DNA of 64,000 bases, from the NCBI GenBank assembly GCA_027456605.1, contig DAIDUQ010000065.1, positions 5,009-69,008 of the forward strand, given 5' to 3'. The notes beneath the pieces were generated by a model. It was not told the origin of the DNA and did not search any database. It saw only the letters and a list, made by a program, of their open reading frames with translations. The stretch's first letter is position 1, and every line of letters begins with the position of its first letter. Below, in pieces: positions 48,341 through 57,156 of the stretch. The position numbers and the translations under genes were made by a program. The DNA is from Steroidobacteraceae bacterium (GTDB lineage Bacteria; Pseudomonadota; Gammaproteobacteria; Steroidobacterales; Steroidobacteraceae).

Positions 48341-49131
48341 GCCCGGCTAGCGTCCTCGGCCTGCTCTGGCTGCTCGCGGCCGCGGTCATGTTCGCAGGCT
48401 GGCTCCGCCAGCGCCGTCACCACAATGCCGGCCTGGTCGATGTGTTGTGGGCCGCGCTGCTGGCGCTGTGCGCCGGGGTGTTGGCCGCGACGGGCGCCGG
48501 CGCGGGTGCGCCGCGCCTGTTGCTGGCGGTGCTCGGCGGAGGCTGGGCGATCCGTCTCGGGGCGCACCTCGGCGCCCGTGTGAGCCGCGAGCCGGAGGAT
48601 GGTCGCTATCAGGCGCTGCGCGATCGCTGGCGGGACGATCAACGCCGCTGGTTCATATTTTTCCAATGTCAGGCGCTGTCGGTGCCGTGGTTCGCTCTGC
48701 CCTTCGCCGCCGTGGCGGGCAACCGCCATCCGCACACGGTGTGGCTCGCCGCCGGAACCGTGATCTGGCTCGTGGGCGTGCTCGGAGAATCTCTGGCCGA
48801 CCGGCAGCTCGCGCGCTTCCGCGCGGTGCCCGCGCATCGTGGCCGCGCCTGCCGCACGGGCCTGTGGCGTTACTCGCGCCACCCCAACTATTTCTTCGAG
48901 TGGCTGCACTGGTTCGCGTACGCCGCATGGTCGGTCGGCTCACGCCTCGCGCCGCTGGCCTGGCTGGGACCGGTGACGATGTTCGTGTTCCTGCGCTATC
49001 TCAGCGGTGTCCCGTGGACCGAGCAGCAGGCGCTGCGCTCGCGGGGCGAGGACTATCGGGATTACCAGCGCAGCACATCACTCTTCTTTCCATGGTTCCC
49101 GCACCGGCCACGACCAGGAGCCGACCGATGA
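48337..49131 (+). CDS. DUF1295 family membrane protein (steroid 5-alpha-reductase / ICMT-like fold)
   Basis: GTG 48337 overlaps the upstream TGA (GTGA), within track ORF 48067..49131. Motifs: GLWRYSRHPNYFFEWLHWFAYA and LRYLSGVPWTEQQ. Confidence 0.7.
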   Translation: MSPASVLGLLWLLAAAVMFAGWLRQRRHHNAGLVDVLWAALLALCAGVLAATGAGAGAPRLLLAVLGGGWAIRLGAHLGARVSREPEDGRYQALRDRWRDDQRRWFIFFQCQALSVPWFALPFAAVAGNRHPHTVWLAAGTVIWLVGVLGESLADRQLARFRAVPAHRGRACRTGLWRYSRHPNYFFEWLHWFAYAAWSVGSRLAPLAWLGPVTMFVFLRYLSGVPWTEQQALRSRGEDYRDYQRSTSLFFPWFPHRPRPGADR

Positions 49132-50207
49132 GCACGATATCGACGCACGCCGAGGAGCTCGACGCCGGGCGCCCCGCCCGGGGACTACTCGGACTCGCCG
49201 AGCGTGGGCTGCTGCCCGACGCGCTGGTGCGCCTCGGCATCCGCCGCCTTTGCGCCGAACGCCTGCGCGCCGAGCGCCGCGGCGGCATCGCGGCGCAGGC
49301 CGAGCGCTTCGCCGAGCGCATCGATTCGCTGCGCGCCGCGCCGGTTGCCCTGCACACCGAAACAGCCAACGCCCAGCACTACGAACTGCCGCCGGCGTTC
49401 TTCGAGTCGTGCCTGGGACCCCGTCTGAAGTACTCCTGCTGCTATTTCCCGAGCGGCCTGGAGACCCTGGCGCAGGCCGAGGAGGCGATGCTCGAGCTGT
49501 ACGGACAACGGGCCGATCTCGCCGACGGCCAGCAGATCCTCGAGCTCGGCTGCGGTTGGGGATCGCTCACCCTGTGGATGGCGGGCCGATTTCCGCGCGC
49601 CCAGATCCTGGCGGTTTCCAACTCGAACGGCCAGCGCCGTTACATCGAGGCACAGTGCCGGGAACGCCGCCTCACCAACGTGCACGTCCTGACGCGCGAC
49701 GTGAATCATTTGCGCCTCGATCCGGCCTGCTTCGACCGCTGCGTATCCGTCGAGATGTTCGAGCACGTGCGCAACTACGCGACCCTGATGCGGCGCATCG
49801 CCGGCTGGCTCAAGCCGGGCGGCAAGCTGTTTACCCACGTGTTCGCGCACCGGACACTGATGTATCCATTCGACACGGTCGGCGCGGACAACTGGATGGG
49901 GCGGCATTTCTTCACCGGCGGATTGATGCCCTCGGCCGAGACCCTGCTGCACTTCCAGGACGATCTCGCTCTCGAGCGCCGCTGGTTGATCGACGGCACA
50001 CATTACCGGCGCACCGCCGATCTGTGGCTCGCGCACCAGGATGAGCGGCGCGGTCGGGTCCTCGCGGTGCTCGGCGAAGCCTACGGCGCGAACGCGCGAC
50101 TGTGGTTCGAGCGCTGGCGTCTCTTCTGGATGGCGTGCGCGGAGCTGTTCGGCTATGCGCACGGCACCGAATGGCTGATCGCCCACTATCGGTTCACACG
50201 GCCATGA
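49128..50207 (+). CDS. second CFA-synthase-like SAM-dependent methyltransferase
   Basis: ATG 49128 overlaps the upstream TGA (ATGA), within track ORF 48447..50207. Motifs: QHYELPPAFFESCLGPRLKYSCCYF, ILELGCGWGSLTLWMA, FDRCVSVEMFEHV. Confidence 0.8.
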   Translation: MSTISTHAEELDAGRPARGLLGLAERGLLPDALVRLGIRRLCAERLRAERRGGIAAQAERFAERIDSLRAAPVALHTETANAQHYELPPAFFESCLGPRLKYSCCYFPSGLETLAQAEEAMLELYGQRADLADGQQILELGCGWGSLTLWMAGRFPRAQILAVSNSNGQRRYIEAQCRERRLTNVHVLTRDVNHLRLDPACFDRCVSVEMFEHVRNYATLMRRIAGWLKPGGKLFTHVFAHRTLMYPFDTVGADNWMGRHFFTGGLMPSAETLLHFQDDLALERRWLIDGTHYRRTADLWLAHQDERRGRVLAVLGEAYGANARLWFERWRLFWMACAELFGYAHGTEWLIAHYRFTRP

Positions 50208-50459
50208 CCGCGCGCGTGTCGCGATCGTGCCGCTCGGCGGTGTGAGCGGGGCCGCATGCCGGACGTGCGCGTCCGCCCAACCGCCAATCGCGCCGCTCGC
50301 CCCCATCGGTCTGTCCCGCTCCAGGGGCCGGAACCGACCGGGCCACGCGCCCGCGACGGGAGGCTGCGCCTTTGACGCCGGCGTGAGCTGTGCCTGTTCT
50401 GGAAGATTTGCCTCTCTTGGGGTAGCGTACCGGCTCGACTTGGCGACACGGGGACCACC

Positions 50460-51167
50460 GTGAAGAAATCCTCGCTTGCATTGTTGTGTGCCGGTTTGCT
50501 CGCCGCGGCGGGGCTCGTCGCCTGCAGCTCCTCGAACGCCGCCTGGCAGAAGGCCTCGGCGCAGGGCACGATCGCCGCCTACCGCGGCTTCATCCGGCTG
50601 CATCCCGAGGATTCGCGGGTGCAACAGGCGCGCAATCGCATCGATGCGCTGGAGGATGCCCGCGCCTGGCGGGCGGCCAAGAGGGCCGGTACCGAGCCGG
50701 CCTATCGGCAATACCTGGCGCGATACCCGGCCGGCGCATACACGGCCCAGGCGCAGGACGCGATCACCGCCCTCAAGGAGTCGAGCGCGTGGCGCACCGC
50801 GCGCACCGCCGGCACGATAACGTCCTACCGGGCGTTCCTGCAGACGTTCCCCGGCGCCCCCGAGGCCAGCCAGGCCCAGGCGCGGCTCGACAAGCTGGCC
50901 GGCTACCAGGCGCAGCTCGGCAGCTACCGCACGGCGAGCGCCGCCAATGCGGCCGCCCGGCGCCTCAAGACGCGCTTCGGGAGCCTGCTCGGGACGATCC
51001 GGGTCGTCCCGCCCGGCGGCGCCGTAAAAGTCACGACGGTACGCTCCGAGCAGATGAGCCGGCCGGCGGCGCTGGCGCTGTGCGCCAAGCTGCGGCGGGC
51101 TGGGCAGGGATGCTCGGTGGTCCCGATCCCGTCGAGCTCGAGCGGCGTGACGCTCTCCGGCCTGTAG
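50460..51167 (+). CDS. lipoprotein with helical repeats and C-terminal SPOR-like domain
   Basis: 235 aa with a GTG start. The lipobox is LLAAAGLVACSS. The unit W(R/Q)xAxxxGTIxxYRxFLxxxP is repeated. The C-terminus YQAQLGSYRTASAANAAARRLKTRFG...ALCAKLRRAGQGCSVV is SPOR-like. Confidence 0.65.
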   Translation: MKKSSLALLCAGLLAAAGLVACSSSNAAWQKASAQGTIAAYRGFIRLHPEDSRVQQARNRIDALEDARAWRAAKRAGTEPAYRQYLARYPAGAYTAQAQDAITALKESSAWRTARTAGTITSYRAFLQTFPGAPEASQAQARLDKLAGYQAQLGSYRTASAANAAARRLKTRFGSLLGTIRVVPPGGAVKVTTVRSEQMSRPAALALCAKLRRAGQGCSVVPIPSSSSGVTLSGL

Positions 51168-51168
51168 C

Positions 51169-52656
51169 TCAATCGTGGTCGGACGCGGCTCGGTGCAGCG
51201 GCGCGACCCGCCCGCCGGCGGCCAGTAGAAGACGGATGGTGTCGAGGTACTGGCCCTGCTCGGCGTCGAGCAGGCCGAGCTGGGCGCGCTCGCGTTGACG
51301 CTCCGCATCGAGGACGGGCAAGAGGCCTGTGTTGCCGGCGAGGTAGCTCTCCCGTTCGAGGACCAGGCGTTTGCGGGACAAGGACAGCGCGCGCGCCTGC
51401 GCGGCGCGCAGCTGCGCGTCGTGCTGCAGTGCATCGAGCGCATCGGCCACCTGCCGGAAGGCGTTCACGACCACCTGTCGATACAGGTCGGCTCGCTCGT
51501 GCAGCACATCCAGCGCCGCTCGACGCTCGGCATGCAGCCGACCGCCCTCGAACAACGGTGCGGTCAGACCGGCGATCAGCGACCAGGCGGCCGAGCTGGC
51601 ATTGAACAGCTGGCCCGGCTGCAGCCCTTGCTGCCCCAGCGAGGTGGAAAGCTCGATCTGCGGATAGAGATTCGCCGTGGCCACCCCCACGGCCGCGGTG
51701 GCGGCACGCAGCTCGGCCCGCGCGGCAAGGATATCCGGCCGGCGGCGCAGCAGCCGCGACGGCACCGTCACCGGCACACGACGCGGCAATGTCAGCTCGC
51801 CCAGCGTCGGGTCCGGCTGGCGCCAATCTGCCGGTGCGCGGCCCAACAGCGCCGCGAGCGCGTGACGCGCCACGGCCAGTTGCTGATACAGCGGGGGCAG
51901 CAGCGTCGCATCGCCGGCGAGCTGGGTCTTGGCGGCGAGCACATCCAGCCGTGGCACCGAGCCCGCCGAGACCGCCTCGCGCACGAGCTCGACGTTGGTC
52001 CGATCCGCGCGCAGCAGACCGTTCACCGCATGGATCCGGGCCTGGGTCGAGGCGATCATCACCGCCTGCGCGGCCACCTCCCCACTCAGAACGAGCCGCG
52101 TCGCCGCCAGCTCGCAGCGCCGGTATCGCTCGAGCGAGCGCCGCTCCTCGATGCGCTCGCGCGTGGCGCCCACGTAATCGAGGTCGTACGCGACACTGAT
52201 GCCCGCCTCGAAATAGGTGAATGGGGGGAAATGCTCGGGCCCCAGAAACGCCGCGCCATATTTCTTCCGTCCGGCGCCCAGGCTCCCATCGATCTGCGGA
52301 TAACGGGCAGCGCCGGCGATTGCAACACCCTCGCGCGCCTCGGCCAGCGCCTGCGCCGCAGCGGCGACGTCGTGATTGTCGGCCAGCGCCCGCGTGATGA
52401 GCGCGTCGAGCTGCGGCGAGTGGAACAGGCGCCACCACCGCCCGGCCGCGCCCGCCCCGACAATCGTCCGCTGGCGATACCGCGCCGGTACCGCGGTCTC
52501 GCCCGCCGCTCCCTGCGCGGGCGGCCGGTAGTGCGGCGGCGTGGGCACGCGCGGACGCCGATACACCGGACCGACCGCGCAGCCGGCGAACAGCAGCGCC
52601 GTGAGCGCCAGCGCATGACGCCAGCCGATGTGTCCGCGGTTTCGCGATCGTTTCAT
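51169..52656 (-). CDS. efflux outer membrane factor lipoprotein (NodT family)
   Basis: 495 aa with lipobox LLFAGCAV. It shows the two-repeat OMF helical pattern and is the last gene of the marR-emrA-emrB operon. Confidence 0.85.
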   Translation of the reverse strand: MKRSRNRGHIGWRHALALTALLFAGCAVGPVYRRPRVPTPPHYRPPAQGAAGETAVPARYRQRTIVGAGAAGRWWRLFHSPQLDALITRALADNHDVAAAAQALAEAREGVAIAGAARYPQIDGSLGAGRKKYGAAFLGPEHFPPFTYFEAGISVAYDLDYVGATRERIEERRSLERYRRCELAATRLVLSGEVAAQAVMIASTQARIHAVNGLLRADRTNVELVREAVSAGSVPRLDVLAAKTQLAGDATLLPPLYQQLAVARHALAALLGRAPADWRQPDPTLGELTLPRRVPVTVPSRLLRRRPDILAARAELRAATAAVGVATANLYPQIELSTSLGQQGLQPGQLFNASSAAWSLIAGLTAPLFEGGRLHAERRAALDVLHERADLYRQVVVNAFRQVADALDALQHDAQLRAAQARALSLSRKRLVLERESYLAGNTGLLPVLDAERQRERAQLGLLDAEQGQYLDTIRLLLAAGGRVAPLHRAASDHD

Positions 52657-52660
52657 GCGC

Positions 52661-54184
52661 TCACTCCATCACCACCGTTTCCTCGCTGGCGCGGGCCCTG
52701 CGCGGCCGCAACAGCAGCACCAGGGGAATGATCGCCAGGGTCATCAGACTCATCAGCTTGAAGTCGTCGTTGTAGGCGATCATGGTCGCCTGCTGCGTCA
52801 CCGCCTCGTTGAGCGCCGAGAGGCCGAAGACCGAAGTGAAGCTGAACGGCGCGTGCAGCTGCAGCTGACCCCCATACGGCACGATGTGCGCCACCAGGCT
52901 CTCGTGCACGACCTGAGTATTGTAGGTCAGCAGCGCGCTCGTACCCGCAATGCCGATGCTGCTGCCGACGTTGCGCAGCAGATTGAAGATCGATGTGCCT
53001 TCGGAGCGCTGGTGGCGACTCAATGTACCGAATGCCACGGTCGTGATGGTGACGTAGGTGAGGCCGATGCCCAAGCCCTGAACGAAGGTCTCGCCCCAGA
53101 TCAACATCTGGGGTATCTGCATGGAGAAGTCATTGGCCATGCTCCACAGCGAGCCCGCGGCGATCGCCAATCCGACCGCGATCAACACCCGAGAATCGAC
53201 GCGCCCGATCAACCGACCGCCGAGAAACATGGCGAGGAAGCTGCCGGCGCCGCGCGGCGCCATGGCGATACCGGCCGTGAGCACCGGATAGCCGAGCACG
53301 TTCTCCATCAGCGGCGGCAGCAGCGCGAGCGTGGCGAACAGCACCATGCTGATGACCAGCATCAGTATGTTGCCCACGGTGAAATTGCGGTCGCGGAACA
53401 GCTTTGGACTGACGAAGGGCTCACGCGTGGTCCACGTATGCACCAGGAACCAGTACAGACCGAGCAACGCGACGGCCGCTTCGATCCAGATCTCCATCGA
53501 GCCGAACCAGTCCTTGAGCGAGCCGCGGTCGAGAACGATCTGCAGCGCCCCGACCGCCAGGCTCAGGGCGGCGAAGCCGAAGAAGTCGAATGAGGAGCGC
53601 CGCCTGGTGGTCTCGCGCAGGTATGCGACGATGAGTATCGCCGCGAGAATGCCGAACGGCACATTGATGTAGAACACCCAACGCCAGCTGTAATTGTCGG
53701 TGAGCCAACCGCCGAGCACCGGCGCCAGCATCGGTCCCAACACCACCCCCTGGCCCCACAGCGCCATCGCGCGGCCGTGACGCTCGGGAGGATTGATGTC
53801 GAGCAACACCGCCTGCGACAGCGGCACGAGTCCGGCGCTGAACCCGCCTTGCAGCAGCCTGAACAGCACGATCTGATCGATCGAGCGCGCCAGACCGCAC
53901 AGCGCGGAACAGATCGTGAAGCCGATGACGGACACCAGCAGAACCTTCTTGCGCCCGAAACGGACGGCGAGCCAGCCCGACAGCGGCGTGACGATCGCCG
54001 CGGCGACGATGTACGAGGTGAGCACCCAGTCCATCTGCACGAGGGTCGCACCCATGCTGCCGCCGATGTGCGGCAGCGCGACGTTGGCAATCGTGATATC
54101 GATTGACTGCAGGACGGTCGCGAGCGTCACCGCGATGGTGATCGGAATGCGATGCGGATGGGCGCTGTCGGCAGTGTGATCCAT
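52661..54184 (-). CDS. emrB: DHA2-family MFS multidrug efflux permease (EmrB/QacA, 14 TM)
   Basis: 507 aa. Motifs: LQSIDITIANVALPHIGGSMGA and GWLAVRFGRKKVLL (MFS motif A). Confidence 0.9.
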   Translation of the reverse strand: MDHTADSAHPHRIPITIAVTLATVLQSIDITIANVALPHIGGSMGATLVQMDWVLTSYIVAAAIVTPLSGWLAVRFGRKKVLLVSVIGFTICSALCGLARSIDQIVLFRLLQGGFSAGLVPLSQAVLLDINPPERHGRAMALWGQGVVLGPMLAPVLGGWLTDNYSWRWVFYINVPFGILAAILIVAYLRETTRRRSSFDFFGFAALSLAVGALQIVLDRGSLKDWFGSMEIWIEAAVALLGLYWFLVHTWTTREPFVSPKLFRDRNFTVGNILMLVISMVLFATLALLPPLMENVLGYPVLTAGIAMAPRGAGSFLAMFLGGRLIGRVDSRVLIAVGLAIAAGSLWSMANDFSMQIPQMLIWGETFVQGLGIGLTYVTITTVAFGTLSRHQRSEGTSIFNLLRNVGSSIGIAGTSALLTYNTQVVHESLVAHIVPYGGQLQLHAPFSFTSVFGLSALNEAVTQQATMIAYNDDFKLMSLMTLAIIPLVLLLRPRRARASEETVVME

Positions 54185-54214
54185 GTTGACGGGAAGGCCG
54201 CTCGGTCCTTCGAC

Positions 54215-55297
54215 TCAGCCGCGCGCGCGGTGCGCGCCAGGGCCGGACTGCGTGTCGATCGTCACCTCGGCGCTCAGTCCCGAGCGCACCGGCGGCGGCG
54301 GCCCCATCAGCCGCAGCCGCACGTCGAGGCGCTGCACCACCTTGACCCAATTGCCGGTGGCGTTCTGCGGCGGCAATATCGCGAACTGCGCGCCGGTGCC
54401 GGGCGTGATGCTGGCCACGACCGCATGGAAGGTCCGGCCCGGATAGTCATCGATGGTCACCGTGGCCTTCTCGCCCGGACGGACGTTGGTGAGAACGTCT
54501 TCCTTGTAGTCCGCCGCGATCCACTCGTCCTGCGTCGAGACCAGCACGAAGGCCTTGGTGGCAAGCGGCAGGTAATCACCCACCTGCAGGTGCTGCACTT
54601 CCGTCACGATGCCGGCCATGGGAGCGCGCACGGTGGTATAGGAGAGCTCGAGCAAGGCGTGATTGAGCGCGGCCTGCGCCTCGGCGACCTGCGGGTGCCG
54701 ATCCAGGGGAATGTCGGGACTGCCGCCGAGCCGGGCGAGCACCGCCTGGATCCGCTGCCGGGCGCCCGAAACCGCCTGGCGCGACTGCTGCAGGACCAGC
54801 TGCGCGCGGTCGAATTGGGATTTCGAGGAGACGCCGATCTTGAGCAGTCGCACCTGGCGGCGATATTCCTGCTGCGCGTAGGCCAGCCGGCTCCGGTCGG
54901 AGGCGAGCGCGGCCTGATCGGCCCGGTCATCGGCTTCGAGCGATTCGACGGCGAGCCGCGCGGCGGCGAGGCGCGCACGCGCGGCCTGTTCGGCAATCAG
55001 GAACGGCCGGTCATCGAGCCGAAAGAGCACCTCTCCGCGCCGCACCCGCTCGTTGTCGTGCACGTAGCGGGCGACCACGCGGCCCGGGACATCGGCACTG
55101 ACGGCCACCTGCGCCGCCCGCAGATAGGCATCCTCGGTCGACACATAACGGCCGCTGTTGAGGTAGAAATAAAGAGCGGCCGCGATCGCCAGCAGCGGCA
55201 CGCCCCACAGCAACAGGGGACGCAAGCGCGCGCCGAGCGGGCGCGCCGCCGGATCCGCCGCCGACACCGCCTCGCCGTCCTGCACTGAATCATTCAT
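54215..55297 (-). CDS. emrA: HlyD-family efflux adaptor (EmrA-like)
   Basis: 360 aa with a single N-terminal TM, a long coiled coil, and TTVRAPMAGIVTEVQHLQVGDYL. There is a 4-nt overlap with the marR stop. Confidence 0.85.
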   Translation of the reverse strand: MNDSVQDGEAVSAADPAARPLGARLRPLLLWGVPLLAIAAALYFYLNSGRYVSTEDAYLRAAQVAVSADVPGRVVARYVHDNERVRRGEVLFRLDDRPFLIAEQAARARLAAARLAVESLEADDRADQAALASDRSRLAYAQQEYRRQVRLLKIGVSSKSQFDRAQLVLQQSRQAVSGARQRIQAVLARLGGSPDIPLDRHPQVAEAQAALNHALLELSYTTVRAPMAGIVTEVQHLQVGDYLPLATKAFVLVSTQDEWIAADYKEDVLTNVRPGEKATVTIDDYPGRTFHAVVASITPGTGAQFAILPPQNATGNWVKVVQRLDVRLRLMGPPPPVRSGLSAEVTIDTQSGPGAHRARG

Positions 55298-55791
55298 CGC
55301 TCACTCCTCGTGGCCTTGCGGCCGGTACCGGCGCCGTCCGCCGAGTCCGCCGGCAGGGGCGGCAGCGCGTTCAGGTTCGCATGCACGCGCTCCAGCAGCG
55401 CCACGAGCTGCGCGCGCTCCTCGCCCGACAGACCCTGCAACATCTCCGCCCGCGTCTCGCCGATGAGCTGCCAGATCTGCTCGAGCACGGTTCCCGCCGC
55501 GGCGGTCAGCCAAATCGTGTGTGCGCGCCGGTCGGTCGGGTCGAAACGACGCTGCACCCAGCCGTCCGCCTCCATGCGATCGAGGATGCGCACGAGGGTC
55601 ATCGGATCGAGCTCCGCCAGCTCGGCCAGGCGCTTCTGGCTCACGCCTTCGTTGTCCTGCAGGAGAATCAGCACCCGGCATTGCGGCAGGGTGAGCGCGA
55701 ACCGCTGCGCCCGCTCCTCGAAGCGGCGCGTATACCGGCGGCTGACGTCCTTCAAGAGGAAGCCCAGCTGGCGAAAACGATCGGGGGTCAT
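55294..55791 (-). CDS. MarR family transcriptional regulator
   Basis: 165 aa. The winged-HTH reads LTLPQCRVLILLQDNEGVSQKRLAELAELDPMTLVRILDRMEADGWVQRRFDPTDRR. Confidence 0.85.
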   Translation of the reverse strand: MTPDRFRQLGFLLKDVSRRYTRRFEERAQRFALTLPQCRVLILLQDNEGVSQKRLAELAELDPMTLVRILDRMEADGWVQRRFDPTDRRAHTIWLTAAAGTVLEQIWQLIGETRAEMLQGLSGEERAQLVALLERVHANLNALPPLPADSADGAGTGRKATRSER

Positions 55792-55816
55792 CTGCGGTGA
55801 ATTAGGGTTAATGGTT

Positions 55817-55851
55817 TATTATCACGATTGCGATTATATCATGTGATAATA
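55817..55851. promoter_or_regulatory. inverted repeat (candidate MarR operator) in an AT-rich divergent promoter region
   Basis: TATTATCAC-N17-GTGATAATA (9-bp perfect arms) begins 26 nt upstream of the marR start. It sits in the only strongly AT-rich stretch of this intergenic region. Confidence 0.5.
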
Positions 55852-56076
55852 TCTGACCACAATGCCGCCGGGACGAGAGCGCCGGGCTCCGCGTTGCGGG
55901 TCGGCGACTCCGCGGCGCTTGACACTGTGCCGATACGGGACGCGGGGGCGCCCCGCGCAGCAGCGGCTGCACCGGCTGGTGGACCTCGAGGGCGCCGAAC
56001 ATTGGTCTGTCACACGGCGAACCCGATCGGCGGCACGTACAATGGCGGCAGGAAAATCGCGCCGCAGGAGCGCGCC

Positions 56077-56343
56077 ATGGCGAACGGCTGGGCCGGCGAC
56101 GGCGCCGTGAATGAACAAATCGACGCGACCGTGACGGACGGCGTCAGGCGGGCCCGCAGCCGCCTGCCGCAGGGGGCGGGTCTGACCCACTGCGCGGAAT
56201 GCGGCGAGCCCATTGCGCCGGAGCGCCGCCGGGCCCTCCCGGGTGTGCGCCTCTGTCTCGCCTGCCAGAGGCTCGCCGACCGCGACAACCCGGGCTCCAG
56301 CGGTTACAACCGCCGCGCCAGCAAGGACAGTCAACTGCGTTGA
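56077..56343 (+). CDS. TraR/DksA family C4-type zinc finger protein
   Basis: ATG 56077 within track ORF 55828..56343. The zinc finger is CAECGEPIAPERRRALPGVRLCLACQ. Length is 88 aa. Confidence 0.75.
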   Translation: MANGWAGDGAVNEQIDATVTDGVRRARSRLPQGAGLTHCAECGEPIAPERRRALPGVRLCLACQRLADRDNPGSSGYNRRASKDSQLR

Positions 56344-56477
56344 GCGCCTCGCGCGCACCGCCGCGGTCACGCTCCGGGTGATGTTTCATTCGCCTCGGCG
56401 AGCGCCGAAACCGCAGGGACGTCATCGCTCGAGCCGCTGCCGCGCCCCAAGCTGCGACGCGCGGACCTCGGCGGACT

Positions 56478-56720
56478 TCAGCTACGCAGATCCCGCTTCT
56501 TCTGCTCGAACTCCTCGCTGCCGATCTCGCCCCGCGCATAGCGCTCCTCGAGAATCGCCTGCGCCCTCTTGCGGTGCCGCGAGTGCTGCACGGACGAACT
56601 CTGCCGCCGGACCAGTCCCAGCGCCAGCGCCACAACCGCCGCCACAACGAGAACCCAGAACAGACCCATATACACGCCCATGCCCCACCAGAGCCCACTC
56701 ATCATCTGATTACCCCACAT
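56478..56720 (-). CDS. SHOCT-domain small membrane protein
   Basis: 80 aa with an N-terminal TM (GLFWVLVVAAVVALALGLV). The C-terminal region AQAILEERYARGEIGSEEFEQKKRDL is the SHOCT signature. Confidence 0.7.
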   Translation of the reverse strand: MWGNQMMSGLWWGMGVYMGLFWVLVVAAVVALALGLVRRQSSSVQHSRHRKRAQAILEERYARGEIGSEEFEQKKRDLRS

Positions 56721-56856
56721 CGCACGACCTCCACTGGGCGACCGGCCGCCTGACGCACACCGCGGAACGAATCCGCGCCGTGCCGCGCGTCCCGCGGATC
56801 AAGTGGAGCACCGCCCGCGGCGTGCGGCCATACGGAATTGTCACATCAGCGGGCAT

Positions 56857-57100
56857 CGCGACGAACATCGCCGTCGCACCCTCGCTGCGCAGACGCTCGG
56901 CTTCAGGCGCGAGTGTTCCGGGCGGCACCCGCAGACTCTCCAGCAGCGCCGCCTTGCCCACCGCCACTGCGCGGCCGGCCACCGTCCCGAGCACGCCTCC
57001 ACCCGTCACCGAGTGAACGTCCGCAACCGCTTGCAGCGAATACCTCCGCTCGCGTGCGGCGCCGGCAACGGACGGGCGGCCGAATCCAGGAAGCCCGGCG
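56857..57100 (-). pseudogene. remnant of a heavy-metal (CopA-like) P-type ATPase, about 80 codons only
   Basis: Manual translation gives ...AARERRYSLQAVADVHSVTGGGVLGTVAGRAVAVGKAALLESLRVPPGTLAPEAERLRSEGATAMFVA. This matches the nucleotide-binding-domain segment of P1B ATPases (x-G-x-GV-x-G-x-V-x-G-x-x-V-x-VG ... G-x-T-x-x-x-VA). No upstream or downstream ATPase domains are present. Confidence 0.45.
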
Positions 57101-57156
57101 CGCGCCGATCCCGGCTGAAGACCCGGTCGCGGGACATTCCGCGCCGGAAGTCTCCA

